A stretch of DNA of 64,000 nt from an uncultured Desulfarculus sp. (GTDB lineage: Bacteria > Desulfobacterota > Desulfarculia > Desulfarculales > Desulfarculaceae). The translations under genes were made by a program, and so were the position numbers. This document shows positions 1 to 9,641 of this stretch, piece by piece. A model generated the notes under the pieces. It saw nothing but the letters and a program-made list of their open reading frames with translations, had not been told where the DNA came from and searched no databases. The stretch's first letter is position 1. Every line of letters starts with the position of its first letter. Where the stretch lies: positions 1-64,000 of the forward strand of contig CAXXUK010000002.1 of NCBI GenBank assembly GCA_963665125.2. The letters run 5' to 3'.

Positions 1-1
1 T

Positions 2-88
2 GGTCCGGACGCGTCCTTTGTTGTTGATGAACTCAAGCGTTGGCGCCTGCGCGGCGACGGCGTGTTGGGTAAAAAGAAAAAGTATTAA
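2..88 (+). CDS. 3' end of an upstream CDS truncated by the window edge; product unknown
   Basis: Open frame GPDASFVVDELKRWRLRGDGVLGKKKKY ending in TAA at 86-88, same strand as the acs cluster. Confidence 0.5.
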   Translation, partial: GPDASFVVDELKRWRLRGDGVLGKKKKY

Positions 89-289
89 AAACGGCCCCAT
101 AGGGGCAACACCCCGCCAGCTACACCAAGGCGGGACTCGATAGCCGGGGAGTTGAGGGAGGATGCGCCCCAAGAGGCGTAAATCACTCGGAGCGAAAGCG
201 CCGATGGACCCCATGAATGGCCATCGAGGTAAAAGCTGAAACGAAATAGAGGGGGCGAAAGCCAACCTTAACATGAGGAGGAACCTCTA

Positions 290-2344
290 ATGTCGGACGA
301 AACCAAGGCCAAAGCAGTAGAAGCTAAGGCCCCCAAACTGGCCGACCCTAAGGCTTCCAGCGTCGATCCAGCAACCATCCAAATGCTGGCCAAGGCGCAT
401 AGGGACAACGTAGAAACCATTTTTGACCGTGCGCTGACCATGAAGCCCTGTAACATTGGTGAGCAGGGCACTTGCTGCAAGATCTGCTCCCAGGGCCCCT
501 GCCGCCTGCCGCTTCCCAAGAAGGGCATTGAGGGCGAGGACACCCGTAAGGGCCTTTGCGGCGCGACTCCCGAAACCATTGCGGCGCGCAACTTCGCCCG
601 CATGGTCGCCGGCGGCGCCGCCGCGCACAGCGACCACGGTCGAGGCGTTGCGGAGGTCTTCCTGGCGGCCGCCCGCAAGGAAACCGACGACTACACCCTC
701 AAAGACATCCAGAAGCTCATCGAGATTGCCCCGGACTTCGGCGTGGCCACCACCGTAGTGGTCAAGGACGCAGACGGCAACGAGATCGAGGAGCCTCGCG
801 ACGTCTATGATATCGCTATTGAAGTTGGCGAGCTGTCTCTGGCCCAGTGGGGTCAGCAGAACGGCGAGGTCTTAACGGCCAAGCGCGCTCCCGCTGCCCG
901 CTACCAGCTGTGGCGGGACCAGGACGTGGTGCCTCGCGGCATCGACCGTGAGATCGTCGAGATCATGCACCGCACCCACATGGGCGTGGACCAGGACTAC
1001 CGCAACATCGTCAAGCAGTGCACCCGCGCCGCCATCGGCGACGGTTGGGGCGGCTCCATGATCGCCACCGACCTGCAGGACGTCCTGTTCGGCACCCCGT
1101 ACCCCACCCAGGGTGAGGTCAACTTGGGCGTGCTTAAGGATGACCACGTAAACATCATCGTGCACGGCCACGAGCCCCTGCTGTCCGAGATGATCGTCGT
1201 CGCTAGCCAGGATCCCGAGCTGTTGGCCCTGGCCGAGGAAAAGGGCGCCAAGGGCATCCAGCTGGCCGGCATGTGCTGCACCGCCAACGAGCTGGTCATC
1301 CGCCACGGCATTCCCATCGCGGGCGACTATCTGCAGCAGGAACTGGCCATCGTCACCGGCGCGGCCGACGCCATGGTCGTTGACATTCAGTGCATCATGG
1401 AAAACGTGGCCAACGTGGCCGACTGTTACCATACCAAGCTCATCACCACCAACCCCCGGGCCATGATTGGTTCCGGCCATACGATTCACATCGAGTTTGA
1501 TGAGCACACCGCACTGGAAGACGCCAAGAAGATCGTCAAGGAAGCCATCCTTAACTTCCCGAACCGCAAGGGTCAGTCCATGATCCCCAAAGAGAAGGAA
1601 AAGATGGTCGTGGGCTTCAGCTACGAAGCCATCAACTACCACCTGGGCGGCACCTTCCGTGGCAGCTACTGGCCGCTTAACGACAACATCATCAATGGCC
1701 GCATCCGCGGTATCGGTGGCGTGGTCGGTTGCAACAACGCCCGTACCCTGCACAACAGCGGCCACCTGACCGTGGTCAAAGAGCTGATCAAAAACGACGT
1801 TATCGTTCTGACCACCGGCTGTAACGCCATGGCTTGCGGCAAGGCCGGCCTGCTCTCTCCCGAGTCGGCCAAGGTCTTCTGCGGTCCCGGCCTGGCCGAG
1901 GTCTGCGAAACCGTCGGTATCCCGCCGGTGCTGCACATGGGCTCCTGCGTGGACAACAGCCGCATCCTGATGGCCGCCACCGAAGTGGTCAAGGCCGGCG
2001 GCCTGGGTAAAGACATCAGTGATTTGCCCGCGGCCGGTTCCGCTCCCGAATGGATGAGTGAGAAAGCCATCAGCATCGGTCACTACTTCGTGGTCTCCGG
2101 TGTCTACACCGTCTTCGGCGTGGGCCTGCCGGTCTTTGGCGCTCCTCGGTTCCAAAAGCACCTCTTCGAGGATCTTGAGGACATCTACGGCGGTATGTGG
2201 GACATGATCGTCGATCCGTATGAGCATGCGCATGCGATGATCGCGCACATCGACAAGAAGCGTGCTGCTCTGGGTCTGGATAAGCAGAAGGAGCGCGTGC
2301 TTCTGGATATGGCCGACCGCCGCGACATCGAGGATGTGGCCTAA
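290..2344 (+). CDS. cooS: Anaerobic Ni-Fe carbon monoxide dehydrogenase catalytic subunit (CooS/AcsA)
   Basis: 684 aa; D/B-cluster Cys motif CNIGEQGTCCKICSQGPC; C-cluster ligand motifs HGHEP, GMCCT, DIQC, GCNN, TGC, GSCVD; GAGGAGG RBS. Confidence 0.97.
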   Translation: MSDETKAKAVEAKAPKLADPKASSVDPATIQMLAKAHRDNVETIFDRALTMKPCNIGEQGTCCKICSQGPCRLPLPKKGIEGEDTRKGLCGATPETIAARNFARMVAGGAAAHSDHGRGVAEVFLAAARKETDDYTLKDIQKLIEIAPDFGVATTVVVKDADGNEIEEPRDVYDIAIEVGELSLAQWGQQNGEVLTAKRAPAARYQLWRDQDVVPRGIDREIVEIMHRTHMGVDQDYRNIVKQCTRAAIGDGWGGSMIATDLQDVLFGTPYPTQGEVNLGVLKDDHVNIIVHGHEPLLSEMIVVASQDPELLALAEEKGAKGIQLAGMCCTANELVIRHGIPIAGDYLQQELAIVTGAADAMVVDIQCIMENVANVADCYHTKLITTNPRAMIGSGHTIHIEFDEHTALEDAKKIVKEAILNFPNRKGQSMIPKEKEKMVVGFSYEAINYHLGGTFRGSYWPLNDNIINGRIRGIGGVVGCNNARTLHNSGHLTVVKELIKNDVIVLTTGCNAMACGKAGLLSPESAKVFCGPGLAEVCETVGIPPVLHMGSCVDNSRILMAATEVVKAGGLGKDISDLPAAGSAPEWMSEKAISIGHYFVVSGVYTVFGVGLPVFGAPRFQKHLFEDLEDIYGGMWDMIVDPYEHAHAMIAHIDKKRAALGLDKQKERVLLDMADRRDIEDVA

Positions 2345-2377
2345 CGGAAAGACCTCTACGAAAGGGGAAACTGACAA

Positions 2378-4588
2378 ATGTCCAAACTGGTAGCTTTCGC
2401 GGCCATTCAAGGCGCATACGAAATCGTAACCAGAGTCGAGGGCGCTTACCAGGTAGCCCTTGAGAAATACGGTGAGAAGCAGGAGCTGGCGTTCCCGAAC
2501 ACCGCTTACTACCTGCCGATCATTTACTCCCTGCTTGGCATCCCGGTCAAAGACCTGGCCAGTGCCGGCAAGGCTCTGAAGATCGCTCGCGAACTTCTGC
2601 CCGCTCACGTGCAGAACTTCAACCACCTGCCCTACCTCGGACCGCTGCTGGACGCCGGCATGGCCGCCCTGTTCGCCGAGGAAGTGCTGGAAGCCATTCG
2701 CTACGTCGATGATCCGGACTACTACACCCTGGGTGAAGAGTGCGACCCGGAAAACGGCAAGATTTGGCTGGGCGCGGCCGACGACACCATCCTGCGTAAG
2801 CGCGGTGTCGAGTTCGTCGACGGCTCCGCTCCGGGCTTCGCCGCCATCGTCGGCGCCGCTCCGACCGTCGAGATCGCCAAGGCGATCGCCGAGGATTACC
2901 AGCGCCGCAGCCTGTACGTGTTCATGGCTGGTAACCGCAAGGGCACCAGCTTCACCCAGCAGCTCATTGAGGCCGGCGTTCAGGTCGGTTGGAACACCCG
3001 CCTGGTGCCGTTCGGTTACGACATCAGCGCCGCCGTGTTCGCCCTGGGCTTCGCCAACCGTGCGGCCATGGCCTTCGGCGGCGTCCGCCCCGGCGACTAC
3101 AAGAAAAACCTGCTGTACAACAAAGACCGCGTGTTCGCGTTCGTCAACGCCTTTGGTGAAGTCAACGCCGAGTGGGCCGCCAACGCCGCCGGTTGCGTCA
3201 ACTGGGGCTTCCCGACCATCGCCGACACCGACATTCCCGAGATCCTGCCCACCGGTGTGTGCCTGTACGAGCACGTCGTCGGCAATATCCCCCACGACGA
3301 GTTCGTGCAGAAGTCGGTTGAGGTTCGCGGCCTGAAGACCATCGTCACCAAGGTCGATATCCCCCTGGCCTACGGCGCCGCCTTCGAGGGCGAGCGTGTG
3401 CGCAAGGATGACCTGTACGCGGAATTCGGCGGCAAGAAGCAGGCCACCGAGTTGGTGGAAATGGCCGACATGGATGAGATTGAGGACAACAGGATCACCG
3501 TCGTCGGCAAGGATATGGATCAGATCAAGAAGGGCGACAAGCTCGACCTGGGCATCAGCGTCAAGGTCGCCGGCCGCAAATTCCAGCCGGACTTCGAGCC
3601 CATTCTTGAGCGCCAGATCCACCACCTGGTCAACTACGCCCAGGGCGTCATGCATATCGGCCAGCGCGACATCGCCTGGATCCGCGTCGGCGACCCCGCC
3701 GTGGAAAAGGGCTTCATGGTCAAGCACGTCGGCCAGATCATCCATGACATGTTCCACAAAGAATTCGGCAGCATCCTGGACAAGGTCGAGGTCACCCTCT
3801 ATACCAATGAAAAGGACGTCAAGGAATTCACGGAAAAGGCACGCGCCATGTACAAGGCCCGTGACTCCCGCGTGGAAAACATGACCGACGAAGGCGAAGA
3901 GACCTTCTACAGCTGCACCCTGTGCCAGTCGTTCGCTCCCAGCCACGTTTGCGTGGTCAGCCCCGAGCGTACCGGCCTCTGCGGCGCCTACAACTGGATG
4001 GACTGCAAGGCTTCCTTCGAAATCAACCCCACCGGCCCCAACCAGCCCATCCAAAAGGGCGAGTGTCTGGATCCGGTGCTGGGCATGTGGAAGGGCTGCA
4101 ACGACTTCGTCGCCAAGGCCAGCCGCGGCAAGATCGCCCAGTACAACTTCTACAGCATCGTGCATGAGCCGATGACCACCTGTGGTTGCTGCGAGTGCAT
4201 CGCCGCCCTGCTGCCTAGCTGCAACGGCATCATGACCGTCAACCGCGACTACACCGGCGAAACGCCTTGCGGTATGAAGTTCACCACCCTGGCCGGCGTC
4301 ATGGGCGGCGGCTTGAGCTCCCCGGGCTTCGTGGGCCACTCCAAGTACAATGTCATTCAGCGCAAATACGTATCCGGTGACGGCGGTATTGCCAGAATGG
4401 TTTGGATGCCCAAGATCCTCAAAGAAGAGTTGAAGGAAGGTCTGTTGCGTCGTGGTGAAGAAATCGGCGACCCCGATTTCATCAACAAGATTTGCGACGA
4501 CAGCATCGCCACCGACGAGGCCGGCGTCCTCGAGTGGTGCCAGAAGGTTGGCCATCCCGCATTGGGTATGGATCCCATCGTTGGCTAG
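2378..4588 (+). CDS. acsB: Acetyl-CoA synthase subunit of CODH/ACS (AcsB)
   Basis: 736 aa; FPNTAYYLP N-terminus; A-cluster motifs CTLCQSFAPSHVC...GLCG and PMTTCGCCE. Confidence 0.97.
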   Translation: MSKLVAFAAIQGAYEIVTRVEGAYQVALEKYGEKQELAFPNTAYYLPIIYSLLGIPVKDLASAGKALKIARELLPAHVQNFNHLPYLGPLLDAGMAALFAEEVLEAIRYVDDPDYYTLGEECDPENGKIWLGAADDTILRKRGVEFVDGSAPGFAAIVGAAPTVEIAKAIAEDYQRRSLYVFMAGNRKGTSFTQQLIEAGVQVGWNTRLVPFGYDISAAVFALGFANRAAMAFGGVRPGDYKKNLLYNKDRVFAFVNAFGEVNAEWAANAAGCVNWGFPTIADTDIPEILPTGVCLYEHVVGNIPHDEFVQKSVEVRGLKTIVTKVDIPLAYGAAFEGERVRKDDLYAEFGGKKQATELVEMADMDEIEDNRITVVGKDMDQIKKGDKLDLGISVKVAGRKFQPDFEPILERQIHHLVNYAQGVMHIGQRDIAWIRVGDPAVEKGFMVKHVGQIIHDMFHKEFGSILDKVEVTLYTNEKDVKEFTEKARAMYKARDSRVENMTDEGEETFYSCTLCQSFAPSHVCVVSPERTGLCGAYNWMDCKASFEINPTGPNQPIQKGECLDPVLGMWKGCNDFVAKASRGKIAQYNFYSIVHEPMTTCGCCECIAALLPSCNGIMTVNRDYTGETPCGMKFTTLAGVMGGGLSSPGFVGHSKYNVIQRKYVSGDGGIARMVWMPKILKEELKEGLLRRGEEIGDPDFINKICDDSIATDEAGVLEWCQKVGHPALGMDPIVG

Positions 4589-4597
4589 ATGACGCGC

Positions 4598-4628
4598 ATG
4601 GGGGCCCCGGGCCCGAGGGGCCCCCATA
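4598..4628 (+). repeat. Intergenic inverted repeat between acsB and acsC, no U-tract
   Basis: ATGGGGGCCCC-gggcccga-GGGGCCCCCAT. Confidence 0.6.
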
Positions 4629-4675
4629 CTATGAACGCAAACAAATTGTGCGCGCTCTGATGTAAGGAGTGGACA

Positions 4676-6016
4676 ATGGCCCTGACCGGCATTGAAATTT
4701 TTAAACTTTTACCCAAAACGAACTGCACCGAGTGCGGCGTGCCCACGTGCCTTGCGTTCGCCATGAACCTGGCGGCCGGCAAGGCCGAGTTGGACGCTTG
4801 CCCCTACGTCTCCGAAGAGGCCAGGGAGCAATTGGCTGAGGCCAGCGCTCCGCCTATTCGTCCCGTCAAGTTCGGAGCCGGCGACACCGCCCGCACCGTT
4901 GGCGGCGAGACTGTGCTGTTCCGTCATGAAAAAACCTTCTTCAATCCCATTGTCATCGCCGGTGCCCTTTCCGACACCGACGGCGACATTGCCACCAAGG
5001 TCAAGAGCTGGGGCGGCATGCAATGGGAGCGTGTTGGTCTAAACCTGCGCCCGGAAGTGGCTTTCCTCAAGTGCGAAAGCGGCGATGCCGCCAAGTTTGA
5101 GGCCGCCGCCAAGGCCGTAGTGGACAACAGCGACCTTTCGTTGGTCCTGGCTTGCGAAGATCCCGCAGTCATGGCCCCGGTGGCCAAGGCTCTGGCTGAC
5201 AAGAAGCCGATCCTTTACGGAGCAACCAACGCCAACGCCGACAAGATGTGCGCCATCGCTGGCGACACCGGCTTGGTCCTGGGCGTAAAGGCCGTGGATA
5301 TCGATGAGCTCAAAGAGCTGGCCACCGAGTTGACCGAAGCCGGTCTCAAGGACTTGGTCCTCGACTCCGGCGCTCGCGATTTGGCCGGTGCCTATCAGGA
5401 TCAGATCGCAATCCGCCGGGCCGCCCTGTTGGCTCAGGACCGCACCCTCGGCTTCCCGACCATCGTCTTCCCCGGTGAGATGACCGATGATCCGGCGATG
5501 CAGGTTGCCATCGGCGCTACCATGGTCGCCAAATACGGCGGAATCATGGTCCTGAACGACCTGACCGAGGAGAGCGTGTTCCCGCTGCTGCTGGAAAGGC
5601 TCAACATCTACACCGACCCGCAGCGCCCCATGACTATGACTCCGGGCATCTACGAGATCAACGCCCCCACCGAGGAAAGCCCGATCCTGGTTACGACCAA
5701 CTTCTCGCTGACCTACTTCATTGTCAGCGGCGAGATCGAGTCTTCCCGTGTTCCGTCATGGCTGCTGATCAAGGACACCGAGGGTCTGTCGGTTCTTACC
5801 GCTTGGGCCGCTGGCAAGTTCTCCGGCGACGATGTGGGAATGTTCATCAAGAAGATCGGCATCGAAGAGAAGGTCAAGCATAAGTCAATAATTATTCCGG
5901 GTTACGCTGCAGCCATCGTCGGCGACATGGAAGAGGAGCTCCCCGGTTGGAATATTCAGGTAGGTCCGCGTGAGGCCGCTCACCTGGCCAAATTCCTGAA
6001 AGAGTGGAAGCCGTAA
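4676..6016 (+). CDS. acsC: Corrinoid iron-sulfur protein large subunit (AcsC)
   Basis: N-terminal LPKTNCTECGVPTCLAFA [4Fe-4S] motif; IYTDPQ; TTNFSLTY; SVLTAWAAGKF. Confidence 0.97.
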   Translation: MALTGIEIFKLLPKTNCTECGVPTCLAFAMNLAAGKAELDACPYVSEEAREQLAEASAPPIRPVKFGAGDTARTVGGETVLFRHEKTFFNPIVIAGALSDTDGDIATKVKSWGGMQWERVGLNLRPEVAFLKCESGDAAKFEAAAKAVVDNSDLSLVLACEDPAVMAPVAKALADKKPILYGATNANADKMCAIAGDTGLVLGVKAVDIDELKELATELTEAGLKDLVLDSGARDLAGAYQDQIAIRRAALLAQDRTLGFPTIVFPGEMTDDPAMQVAIGATMVAKYGGIMVLNDLTEESVFPLLLERLNIYTDPQRPMTMTPGIYEINAPTEESPILVTTNFSLTYFIVSGEIESSRVPSWLLIKDTEGLSVLTAWAAGKFSGDDVGMFIKKIGIEEKVKHKSIIIPGYAAAIVGDMEEELPGWNIQVGPREAAHLAKFLKEWKP

Positions 6017-6058
6017 CAGGCATTTAATCTCATTATCCTATTGACGAGGGTGTGACCC

Positions 6059-6940
6059 ATGAAGTGTATCGGCGAAAACCTCAACGTTATTAAAAAAGAA
6101 ATCGGCCAAGCCTTTAAGGACCGCAATCCAGAGCCGATTCAACGCTATGCCAAGGAAGAAAAAGAAGCCGGCATGGATTGGATCGACATCAACCTGGGTC
6201 CGGCACGCAAAGGCGGACCCGAGCTGATGGAGTGGGTCGTTCAGACCGTGCAGGAAGTCGTCATCGACCTCCCGCTGGCCCTGGACACCTCCAACATCGA
6301 GGCGATCGAGGCCGGTCTGGCCGCCTACAAAGGCGACACCGTGCCCCTGGTGAACTCGGTGATGGCCCGCCCCGAGCGCTATACGGTAATGCTGCCGATG
6401 TGCGCCAAGTACCAGGCCGATATCGTTGCCCTGCTGTGGGGCCCTGACGGTCTGCCGCGCGACGAAAACGAACGCGCCAGCCTCTGCGTCGAGCTTTGCT
6501 ACGCCGCCAACGAGGCCGGCTTGGCCAACGAAAAGCTGTTTGTCGACCCGATCATCACTCCGGTCAACATCCAGCAAGAGCAGCTCATGGCCAACCTGCG
6601 ATTCATGGAAATGCTTGAGGCCATCGTTCCCGGCGCCAAGAGCACCAACGGCCTGAGCAACTGCTCCAACGGAACCCCCTGGCGCGAGCCCCTGAACGCG
6701 ATCTACATGATCATGCTCGAGCGGGCCGGTATGTTCAGCAGCATCGTCGACTACGAAGACACGCTGCTGGTAGACATTGCCAAGGGTAAACGCCCCGAAT
6801 TGGTCGAGATCGTGCACAAGGTGCAGGACGGCGAGATCAAGGACGCTGGCGAAGTCCAGGGCGAAACCGAGCAGGTCTTCGTCAAGGGTGCCCAGGCCCT
6901 GTTGGGCCATATCCTCTACAGCGACTCCTGGTTCAAGTAG
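6059..6940 (+). CDS. acsE: Methyltetrahydrofolate:corrinoid/Fe-S protein methyltransferase (AcsE)
   Basis: Pterin-binding barrel motifs IGENLN, DINLG, LALDTSN, GLSN; last gene of the acs cluster. Confidence 0.9.
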   Translation: MKCIGENLNVIKKEIGQAFKDRNPEPIQRYAKEEKEAGMDWIDINLGPARKGGPELMEWVVQTVQEVVIDLPLALDTSNIEAIEAGLAAYKGDTVPLVNSVMARPERYTVMLPMCAKYQADIVALLWGPDGLPRDENERASLCVELCYAANEAGLANEKLFVDPIITPVNIQQEQLMANLRFMEMLEAIVPGAKSTNGLSNCSNGTPWREPLNAIYMIMLERAGMFSSIVDYEDTLLVDIAKGKRPELVEIVHKVQDGEIKDAGEVQGETEQVFVKGAQALLGHILYSDSWFK

Positions 6941-7017
6941 GGGATCGGTTAAGCGCCAAGGGAGATTAAATCCCAACCCTGGAGAGGGGGCGGCGCTAGG
7001 CCGAAAGATAGAACGTG

Positions 7018-7058
7018 AAAAAGGCCGGTGGGGCTTCAAAGTCCCATCGGCCTTTTTT
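7018..7058 (+). terminator. Intrinsic, probably bidirectional, terminator after acsE
   Basis: AAAAAGGCCGGTGGG...CCCATCGGCCTTTTTT. Confidence 0.8.
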
Positions 7059-7110
7059 CTATCCAAGAGCCTTGAGTGCCGGTTTAACGTTTAAATTGCG
7101 TTATTGGTTG

Positions 7111-7422
7111 TTAGTCCGCATTTTCCTGGTTGCTTTGGTCTAGTCGAGCTTCCACTTCGGCCAGCCTGCGGCGCAGCTCATCGGCCTCGGCCTGCAAACC
7201 AGCTCCCGCCGGCGCGTCGTAACCATAAAAACCTTGGCCACCGAAACCACGACCTCTGGCCTGTCCGGCCCCGCAAGGTCCCATTCCCCGGCCCCGACGA
7301 CCGCCCATTCCAAAAGGGGCATTGTCGGCAAAGCCAACTGTCCTGCGACCACCGCAGCGTCCAGCGCCTCGGCCCGTCATCGGGCCTTGTCCATTTGGTC
7401 CCATTCCATTAAGTCTAGGCAT
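7111..7422 (-). CDS. DUF5320-like Gly/Arg-rich small protein
   Basis: MPxxxGxGPxGxGPMTGRGxGxC N-terminus and C-terminal coiled coil; next to a DUF134 gene. Confidence 0.8.
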   Translation of the reverse strand: MPRLNGMGPNGQGPMTGRGAGRCGGRRTVGFADNAPFGMGGRRGRGMGPCGAGQARGRGFGGQGFYGYDAPAGAGLQAEADELRRRLAEVEARLDQSNQENAD

Positions 7423-7443
7423 ATCATAATTCCTTTCTTGTAG

Positions 7444-7830
7444 TTATTGGCGAAACCTGCCGCCTTGTCCACCACCCCGGCCATGACCACGACCCTGTCC
7501 GCCCATCCCTCGGCCGCCTCTGCGGGTGCCCATCGGTGGCTCGGGTGAGACAACATAATCGCCGCCGCCGATCACCAGGGATAGTCCGCCGCAAATGGCG
7601 GTTGATACGGAGGTACGGGCCTGGGAAAGCACCCTGCCGAATGTCTGACGGCTTACACCCATAAGGTCTGCGGCCGCCTGTTGGTCCAATCCCTCAACAT
7701 CAACCAACCTCAAGGCTTCCAGGCCTTCCACGGTCAATTCAACCTCACCGGGAGGCCGTTGGTCATAAGGCCCGAAGCGGTTGGCGGTTGGCAGGTTTCT
7801 AACAAATCTTCTGTTTCTCGGTCTAGGCAA
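7444..7830 (-). CDS. DUF134 (UPF0251) family HTH protein
   Basis: MPRPR start (TTG), EALRLVDVEGLDQQAAADLMGVSRQTFGR helix-turn-helix, Gly/Arg tail. Confidence 0.88.
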   Translation of the reverse strand: MPRPRNRRFVRNLPTANRFGPYDQRPPGEVELTVEGLEALRLVDVEGLDQQAAADLMGVSRQTFGRVLSQARTSVSTAICGGLSLVIGGGDYVVSPEPPMGTRRGGRGMGGQGRGHGRGGGQGGRFRQ

Positions 7831-7841
7831 TCAAGGCTCCT

Positions 7842-7914
7842 TTATGATCATTTGATCATAATAATAAGCACAACGGAGAGGCGGCGCAACAAAATAATGA
7901 TCATTTGCTCAAAA
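7842..7914. promoter_or_regulatory. Pair of palindromic operator-like sites upstream of the DUF134 gene
   Basis: Perfect TTATGATCA-TT-TGATCATAA at 7842-7861 and degenerate TAATGATCA-TT-TGCTCAAAA at 7895-7914. Confidence 0.6.
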
Positions 7915-7987
7915 TAGTAAGCTTGCCGCTGTGCGGCGCGTCTGTTATTCTGTGCATATAGATATCTTTCGAGGTGTGGAGGGCTCA

Positions 7988-8731
7988 ATGAAAACAAATA
8001 GTTGTAAACTTGCCGGCTTCCTTGCCGCGCTGGTGATGTTGGCCCTGCTAAGCGGATGTGCGGCCACCACCACCGCGGTACGCTATCAAGACTTGAAGGT
8101 TGAGACCAAAATGTCCGATACGATCTTCCTTGATCCGGTGGGTCCTGGTCAGAGATCGATTTTTATTCAGATACGCAATACAACCGACAAGCCCAGTTTC
8201 AACGTCGAAAACGACATAGCCGCTGCCGTGGCGGCCAAGGGTTACCAGGTCGTCAACGATCCTAACCAAGCTCATTACTGGCTGCGGGCCAATGTTCTCA
8301 GCGTTGGAGAGACCGACAAGAGCGCCTTGGAATTGACCGAAGCAGCCGGATGGGGCGGAGCGGCTGCCGGTGCCATAGCCGGCGCCATAATCGCTCCCAG
8401 CGGTGCAGAGTGGGCCGGTGCCGGGATTGGCGGATTGGTTGCCGGAGCAGCAGAGGCTATCAGCGGTTCGGCGGTAAAGGTTCATTGGTTTGCGGTTATA
8501 ACAGACGTGGAGATCGCCGAGCAAACGAATCAGGGTATCAGCCAGGAGACCGATACCACCATGCAGCAGGGCACAAGTACGGTGGTCAAGCAAAAGACGG
8601 CGTCATCCACCACCCGCAAGCGTTTTCGCACGCGAATTGCCTCCAGCGCCAGGCAGGTCAACCTGACCTTCCCCGAGGCCGAACCCTACCTGCGCCAAGG
8701 GCTGATCAATTCGATTTCCGGACTGTTCTAG
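7988..8731 (+). CDS. traT: TraT-family complement resistance/surface exclusion lipoprotein
   Basis: Lipobox LSGC; ETKMSDTIFLDPV, AHYWLRANVL, glycine zipper and A-x-QVNL-x-F motifs typical of TraT; start taken at ATG 7988. Confidence 0.85.
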   Translation: MKTNSCKLAGFLAALVMLALLSGCAATTTAVRYQDLKVETKMSDTIFLDPVGPGQRSIFIQIRNTTDKPSFNVENDIAAAVAAKGYQVVNDPNQAHYWLRANVLSVGETDKSALELTEAAGWGGAAAGAIAGAIIAPSGAEWAGAGIGGLVAGAAEAISGSAVKVHWFAVITDVEIAEQTNQGISQETDTTMQQGTSTVVKQKTASSTTRKRFRTRIASSARQVNLTFPEAEPYLRQGLINSISGLF

Positions 8732-8742
8732 CGATTTGTTCC

Positions 8743-8790
8743 AAAAAAAGATGGCTGCCCTCTTGTTGGGGGGCAGCCGCATCTATTTTT
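8743..8790. terminator. Bidirectional terminator between convergent traT and PilZ genes
   Basis: A-tract, GGCTGCCC...GGGCAGCC stem, T-tract. Confidence 0.7.
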
Positions 8791-8818
8791 ATGGCATAGC
8801 GTTCCGTTCGGCCAAACG

Positions 8819-9487
8819 TTATGTCTTGTAACTATGATCATTGACATAGTTATCGATAAGCCGCTGCCCAGTCTTGTCAATTTCCAAAAATTGAATTCCA
8901 AGGATCATCGACTGGTTACTGTTTTCCATGGACCGAATATTGCCGGTTAGGGTGACAGCGTCTTGCGAATCATCAAGATTCATCCGCATGTTGACATTTT
9001 GGCGCTGGTTCAGTTTGACTTTGAGCGGGGATTTAAGTGTGAAACGGCAACCGGACCGGCTGATATCAATGACCACCCCATTTTGCCTTGCGCTGCCGGA
9101 ATCAATAACGGCTTTTAAACGACAATCCACACGCGGTTCCCTGCGCAGTTCCTGGCGGGAGATAATTGCAGGATAAGACAGAAAAAAAAGTTTATCAGGG
9201 TGATCAACAACACCAACGATTTGTGACTGAAATGCGAATATCGATCCGTTGTGAAGGTACCGAACCAAGACGGTATTGCCCTCGAAAAACTTATCGCGAA
9301 TCATGATGTGGCCTTTAGGCATGGTAGAGATAAGGTACTGGTTTTCCAGCATACCTATGAATCTGGTTTTCAGAAAACCGTCGACGGTGTCCAGCTTGAA
9401 AAGCAGGTTGTCCCCGAGATCGATTTCGAGTGTGGTGAGTGCTTGATTGTTTACGAGAATATCTTCAAGATCTGAATTTGCAGGCAT
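8819..9487 (-). CDS. YcgR-like N-terminal domain + PilZ c-di-GMP-binding protein
   Basis: RREPR (RxxxR) and DISRSG (DxSxxG) motifs. Confidence 0.85.
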   Translation of the reverse strand: MPANSDLEDILVNNQALTTLEIDLGDNLLFKLDTVDGFLKTRFIGMLENQYLISTMPKGHIMIRDKFFEGNTVLVRYLHNGSIFAFQSQIVGVVDHPDKLFFLSYPAIISRQELRREPRVDCRLKAVIDSGSARQNGVVIDISRSGCRFTLKSPLKVKLNQRQNVNMRMNLDDSQDAVTLTGNIRSMENSNQSMILGIQFLEIDKTGQRLIDNYVNDHSYKT

Positions 9488-9641
9488 TCCTGACCCCCCA
9501 GAAAGTCCTATGGTCCGGGTTTTAATCCTTGGGGCGGGCAGGTGTTGTTGTTAACACAAAGCGATACTTTTTGACTTTGCTATGATTATTGTATCAGTTC
9601 AATTGATTCCATGGGATGCTTAATATTCCACGTGGCGGAGA

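Noticed and set aside
872..4627. 1251-aa minus-strand ORF
   Set aside because: Antisense shadow of cooS-acsB caused by GC-rich codon bias; no motifs. The same applies to other long antisense ORFs such as 20510..22276, 17527..19197 and 30999..32759.
290..6940. Absence of acsD and cooC as a novel minimal CODH/ACS
   Set aside because: The cluster runs off the left edge of the window, so these genes may lie just upstream.
7988..8731. Conjugative element suggested by traT
   Set aside because: No relaxase, T4SS, integrase or att-like repeats seen in the window.
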